Of a stretch of 64,000 bases of DNA, positions 60,289 to 64,000 are shown in pieces. The DNA is from Octopus sinensis. Its lineage: Eukaryota. The stretch is from the NCBI RefSeq assembly GCF_006345805.1, contig NC_042997.1, positions 139,624,001 to 139,688,000 on the forward strand, read 5' to 3'. Position numbers and translations under genes: made by a program. The notes under the pieces are model-generated. The model saw only the letters and a list, made by a program, of their open reading frames with translations, had not been told where the DNA came from and searched no databases. Within the stretch, counting starts at the first letter, position 1, and each line of letters starts with the position of its first letter.

Positions 60289-61362
60289 CCCTTTCGTTAC
60301 TATATTTCTGACCAAAATACACCCCTTATGTTTCAATTAATTTCTAACATAATCATAAATTTAGTCTGGTTTCATTAAACAACTATAACTTTTTTATTTA
60401 TATATATATCAACGTGAATTTTGAAAGATAATTTAATGAAATGTTCTCAACCAATTCTATACTATAATTTTTGTCACAAAGTGACTCTAATTGCAGGTAA
60501 ATTCAACAAAATATAAAATTATAAAAATTTTGTTCAAACATCGCTATAGAAAATGGGTTATTAGTTCATATTCAATTGGGTGTACAACAAAATTTTACGA
60601 TAGAATCTGTTATTCTGGGTAACTTTCTGATACCCATAATAATATTTATGGCAAAATAGTCTTAATTTCATTTAAGGTTGTGGGAAACCACTAACTATCC
60701 TTTCTTTCGCTTTGTTTACATTTAGCGTAACGGTTCGTTTCCGCCGTAATGATTTCAAATAGGCTCATTCGAAAAAGTAAAAAGAAATAGTCTAAGGCTT
60801 TACTCTCCTGGGAAAGTCTGTGGCTTGGTCCAGTTTCTTCAGAAAAATCACCGAAAGAAACAGTTTTTAAATTTTCACTCCATTCAGGTGCCAATTCATT
60901 TTCTTTATCACTGTCGGAGCTCTCGGATTCACTGTTTTCACTTTCGGAAAATGAAACATCAGATTCATTATCAAATACCACGTGCTTTTTTTTTTCAGTC
61001 ATAGAGTTAGATTTATGAAGGTCTTCAGTAGAAATTCCTTCGAATTCTGACTCGCTGCTTGATATAATGAAATTCGTATCCATTTTTTGTCAGAATTACA
61101 AATTTTGAAAACACAATAGGAACAAATTTCGGAAAAAAATCTCCCAAAATTCACGGAATTAAAATTACACTTCGATTGTTGTACAAAACTTTAGATGAAC
61201 TGTTTACGAAGTATAATACGTGTTTTCACGAATGTACTAAAGAGATTTGCTCTGATATTCTCATTTAAATATGAATAGGTAAATACGGGCGGGTTTGGGT
61301 GGTTTGGTCACATTAACCAAAATGTTTTTCGAGCGGCTTTGGGCGGTTTGGTAACAAAAGGG
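60289..61362 (-). mobile_element. Internally deleted piggyBac transposon (1074 bp)
   Basis: TTAA TSDs (60285-88, 61363-66); TIRs CCCTTTCGTTAC / GTAACAAAAGGG; ORF 61083-60691 encodes the acidic N-terminus and the start of a PGBD-type transposase (EWSENL...GP...ALDYFFLLF...IITAETNRYA), truncated before the DDD core. Confidence 0.92.
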
Positions 61363-61974
61363 TTAAACAACTGAATATTATTTCATTAATATTAAAGTTG
61401 TCACATAAAATATGGAGATTCTCAAATTTTACAATGGAAGCAGCTGTAGATTAAAATATTAATTTATATGACATAATGTATGTATATTACAAAGAAACTG
61501 GAGCTACAGTGTTCATCAGCAAAAAAACATCTCTTTATAACATATTGTGTTAAAACCACAATATACTTCAGAGCTAGATAAAACTAAATCAAGGAGGTCT
61601 GCTTCAAAAAGGACTATATCCTGGAAATAACTGCAAGAGTGACAGACATGCACTTCATCACTTTTGTGGCTTGTCGATGCCACACACTTGTCTCTTCCTA
61701 CATAAAAACATCTCAGCCAGCCTGAGGTATGTAGAGTCAGTGAATAAACAATTCACTGGTTTTATAGAGATGATACAAGGCTGAATAAAATTCAAATTTT
61801 GCATTCGAAGCATCTCTAGATTAAAATTTTTATTTATATGATATACTTTAACACATATATATATTTGGTCAAATCAGCAGTTGAAACCATTAATCCAGAT
61901 GCATATTTTTTTCTCTCGCCATTTTTTTCCCTCTCTCCATTGCTTTCTCTCCTCATTCCTTTCTGTAAAGAGCA

Positions 61975-62360
61975 CACAGTAGGGGCCAAAAGTTTGGAAC
62001 ATACAGAGGTTGGACAAAATAATGGAAGCACCTTAAAATTTCAAACAGATATATTTTAACATGGATTAGGACCACCTTTGGCAGTAATTACAGCTTGAAT
62101 TCTACGAGGTATGGACTCGTACAAAGTTTGAATTGTTTTCAAAGGAATTTTTGTCTATTCTTCAGCTAAAACAGTCTCCAGTTCTTGTAGTGATGATGGT
62201 GGAGGATATTGACTCCTTACTTGTTTTTCTAAATTGCAACATAAATGTTCAATAATATTGAGATCTGGGGACTGTGGTGGCCAGATAATATGTTCAACTT
62301 CACTAGAATGTTCCTTGTGCCATTCAGTAACAACTTTATCTGTGTGAATTGGTGTGTAGC
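61975..62360 (-). mobile_element. Tc1 transposon 3' fragment (copy 1)
   Basis: TA-CAGAGGTTGGACAAAATAATGG terminus at 62002-62025, preceded by a second Tc1-like end CAGTAGGGGCCAAAAGTTTGGAACA; ORF with PIH...WPPQSPDLNIIEHL (C-terminal catalytic motif). Confidence 0.85.
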
Positions 62361-63168
62361 GAGGCACAAAGAAGCCAGCACCATTTTGAAACAGCAAGAT
62401 CTCACCTACAACCATTATTGAAGGAAGACATCAACATTTTCCCTCTCATTCTTCTCACGTTGATACCGAGCAAGATTTTGAAGCCAGGAGCTCACAGTGG
62501 ACTTTTGTCCTGCTGTGATACCACATGTATTGTCTCTGGAGGTTATTGAACCTCATGTGTATGAGAGAGAAGGCTAACTACGCACTGCTGTGAAGATGGT
62601 TACTGAAAGCAAACCCCTTGTACAAAGCACCTGTGAATAAATGGTTATTGAATTTACTCCATCTGAGAACTTCATTCTTTGTATTTCCAGCTACTTGAAT
62701 CAATAGAATAATTATGATAAAGAAGATACCCCAAAAGTATCATGAAAACTTTCGTTCCATTATAGGTGCATTTTCATCCTGAAAGATTGTATTTCCCTCT
62801 GGAAATAGTTCTGCAACCATAGGAACATAAGAGTGACAGACATGCACTTCATCACTTTTGTGGCTTGTCGATGCCACACACTTGTCTCTTCCTACATAAA
62901 AACATCTCAGCCAGCCTGAGGTATGTAGAGTCAGTGAATAAACAATTCACTGGTTTTATAGAGATGATACAAGGCTGAATAAAATTCAAATTTTGCATTC
63001 GAAGCATCTCTAGATTAAAATTTTTATTTATATGATATACTTTAACACATATATATATTTGGTCAAATCAGCAGTTGAAACCATTAATCCAGATGCATAT
63101 TTTTTTCTCTCGCCATTTTTTTCCCTCTCTCCATTGCTTTCTCTCCTCATTCCTTTCTGTAAAGAGCA

Positions 63169-63554
63169 CACAGTAGGGGCCAAAAGTTTGGAACATACAG
63201 AGGTTGGACAAAATAATGGAAGCACCTTAAAATTTCAAACAGATATATTTTAACATGGATTAGGACCACCTTTGGCAGTAATTACAGCTTGAATTCTACG
63301 AGGTATGGACTCGTACAAAGTTTGAATTGTTTTCAAAGGAATTTTTGTCTATTCTTCAGCTAAAACAGTCTCCAGTTCTTGTAGTGATGATGGTGGAGGA
63401 TATTGACTCCTTACTTGTTTTTCTAAATTGCAACATAAATGTTCAATAATATTGAGATCTGGGGACTGTGGTGGCCAGATAATATGTTCAACTTCACTAG
63501 AATGTTCCTTGTGCCATTCAGTAACAACTTTATCTGTGTGAATTGGTGTGTAGC
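63169..63554 (-). mobile_element. Tc1 transposon 3' fragment (copy 2, within the duplication)
   Basis: Identical to copy 1, offset 1194 bp. Confidence 0.85.
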
Positions 63555-64000
63555 GAGGCACAAAGAAGCCAGCACCATTTTGAAACAGCAAGATCTCACC
63601 TACAACCATTATTGAAGGAAGACATCAACATTTTCCCTCTCATTCTTCTCACGTTGATACCGAGCAAGATTTTGAAGCCAGGAGCTCACAGTGGACTTTT
63701 GTCCTGCTGTGATACCACATGTATTGTCTCTGGAGGTTATTGAACCTCATGTGTATGAGAGAGAAGGCTAACTACGCACTGCTGTGAAGATGGTTACTGA
63801 AAGCAAACCCCTTGTACAAAGCACCTGTGAATAAATGGTTATTGAATTTACTCCATCTGAGAACTTCATTCTTTGTATTTCCAGCTACTTGAATCAATAG
63901 AATAATTATGATAAAGAAGATACCCCAAAAGTATCATGAAAACTTTCGTTCCATTATAGGTGCATTTTCATCCTGAAAGATTGTATTTCCCTCTGGAAAT

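Larger units (their letters stand above)
61635..64000 (+). repeat. Direct tandem duplication, unit 1194 bp (61635-62828; 62829-window end)
   Basis: Four ORF pairs have identical translations at a constant 1194 offset; 62806 and 64000 end on the same sequence; no differences seen by eye. Confidence 0.95.

Noticed and set aside
61578-61726. Second exon of the third gene (IKLNQGG...ISASL)
   Set aside because: The frame is open only from the second of two AGs, the pyrimidine tract is weak, the first AG gives stops, and there is no homology.

Overview
AT-rich, intron- and repeat-rich animal genomic DNA. The SINE/LINE families point to an octopod cephalopod (Octopus; inferred from recognised repeat families, not from a database search). 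Two complete, convergent protein-coding genes could be reconstructed by hand. (1) CNOT10 (CCR4-NOT subunit 10) is on +, with 16 coding exons over 7009-30378, 2115 nt = 704 aa, all introns GT-AG and phases consistent. (2) Dysbindin/DTNBP1 (BLOC-1 subunit) is on -, with 7 coding exons over 46536-32035, 1083 nt = 360 aa. A probable third gene starts on + (TATA-type promoter near 52.7 kb, one orphan exon at 60154-60271). The rest is transposon debris: tRNA-derived SINEs of several families, RTE, CR1/L2, I/Jockey and CRE LINE remnants, mariner, Tc1, piggyBac, hAT and MULE-like elements, and foldback MITEs. The window ends in an apparently identical 1194-bp tandem duplication. Most interesting: a tRNA-headed SINE carrying a Penelope-type hammerhead-ribozyme core, a CLEAR/M-box cluster directly upstream of dysbindin, and an internally deleted CRE-clade retrotransposon with a PHD finger. 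All coordinates were read by eye; repeat boundaries are approximate and no homology search was run.
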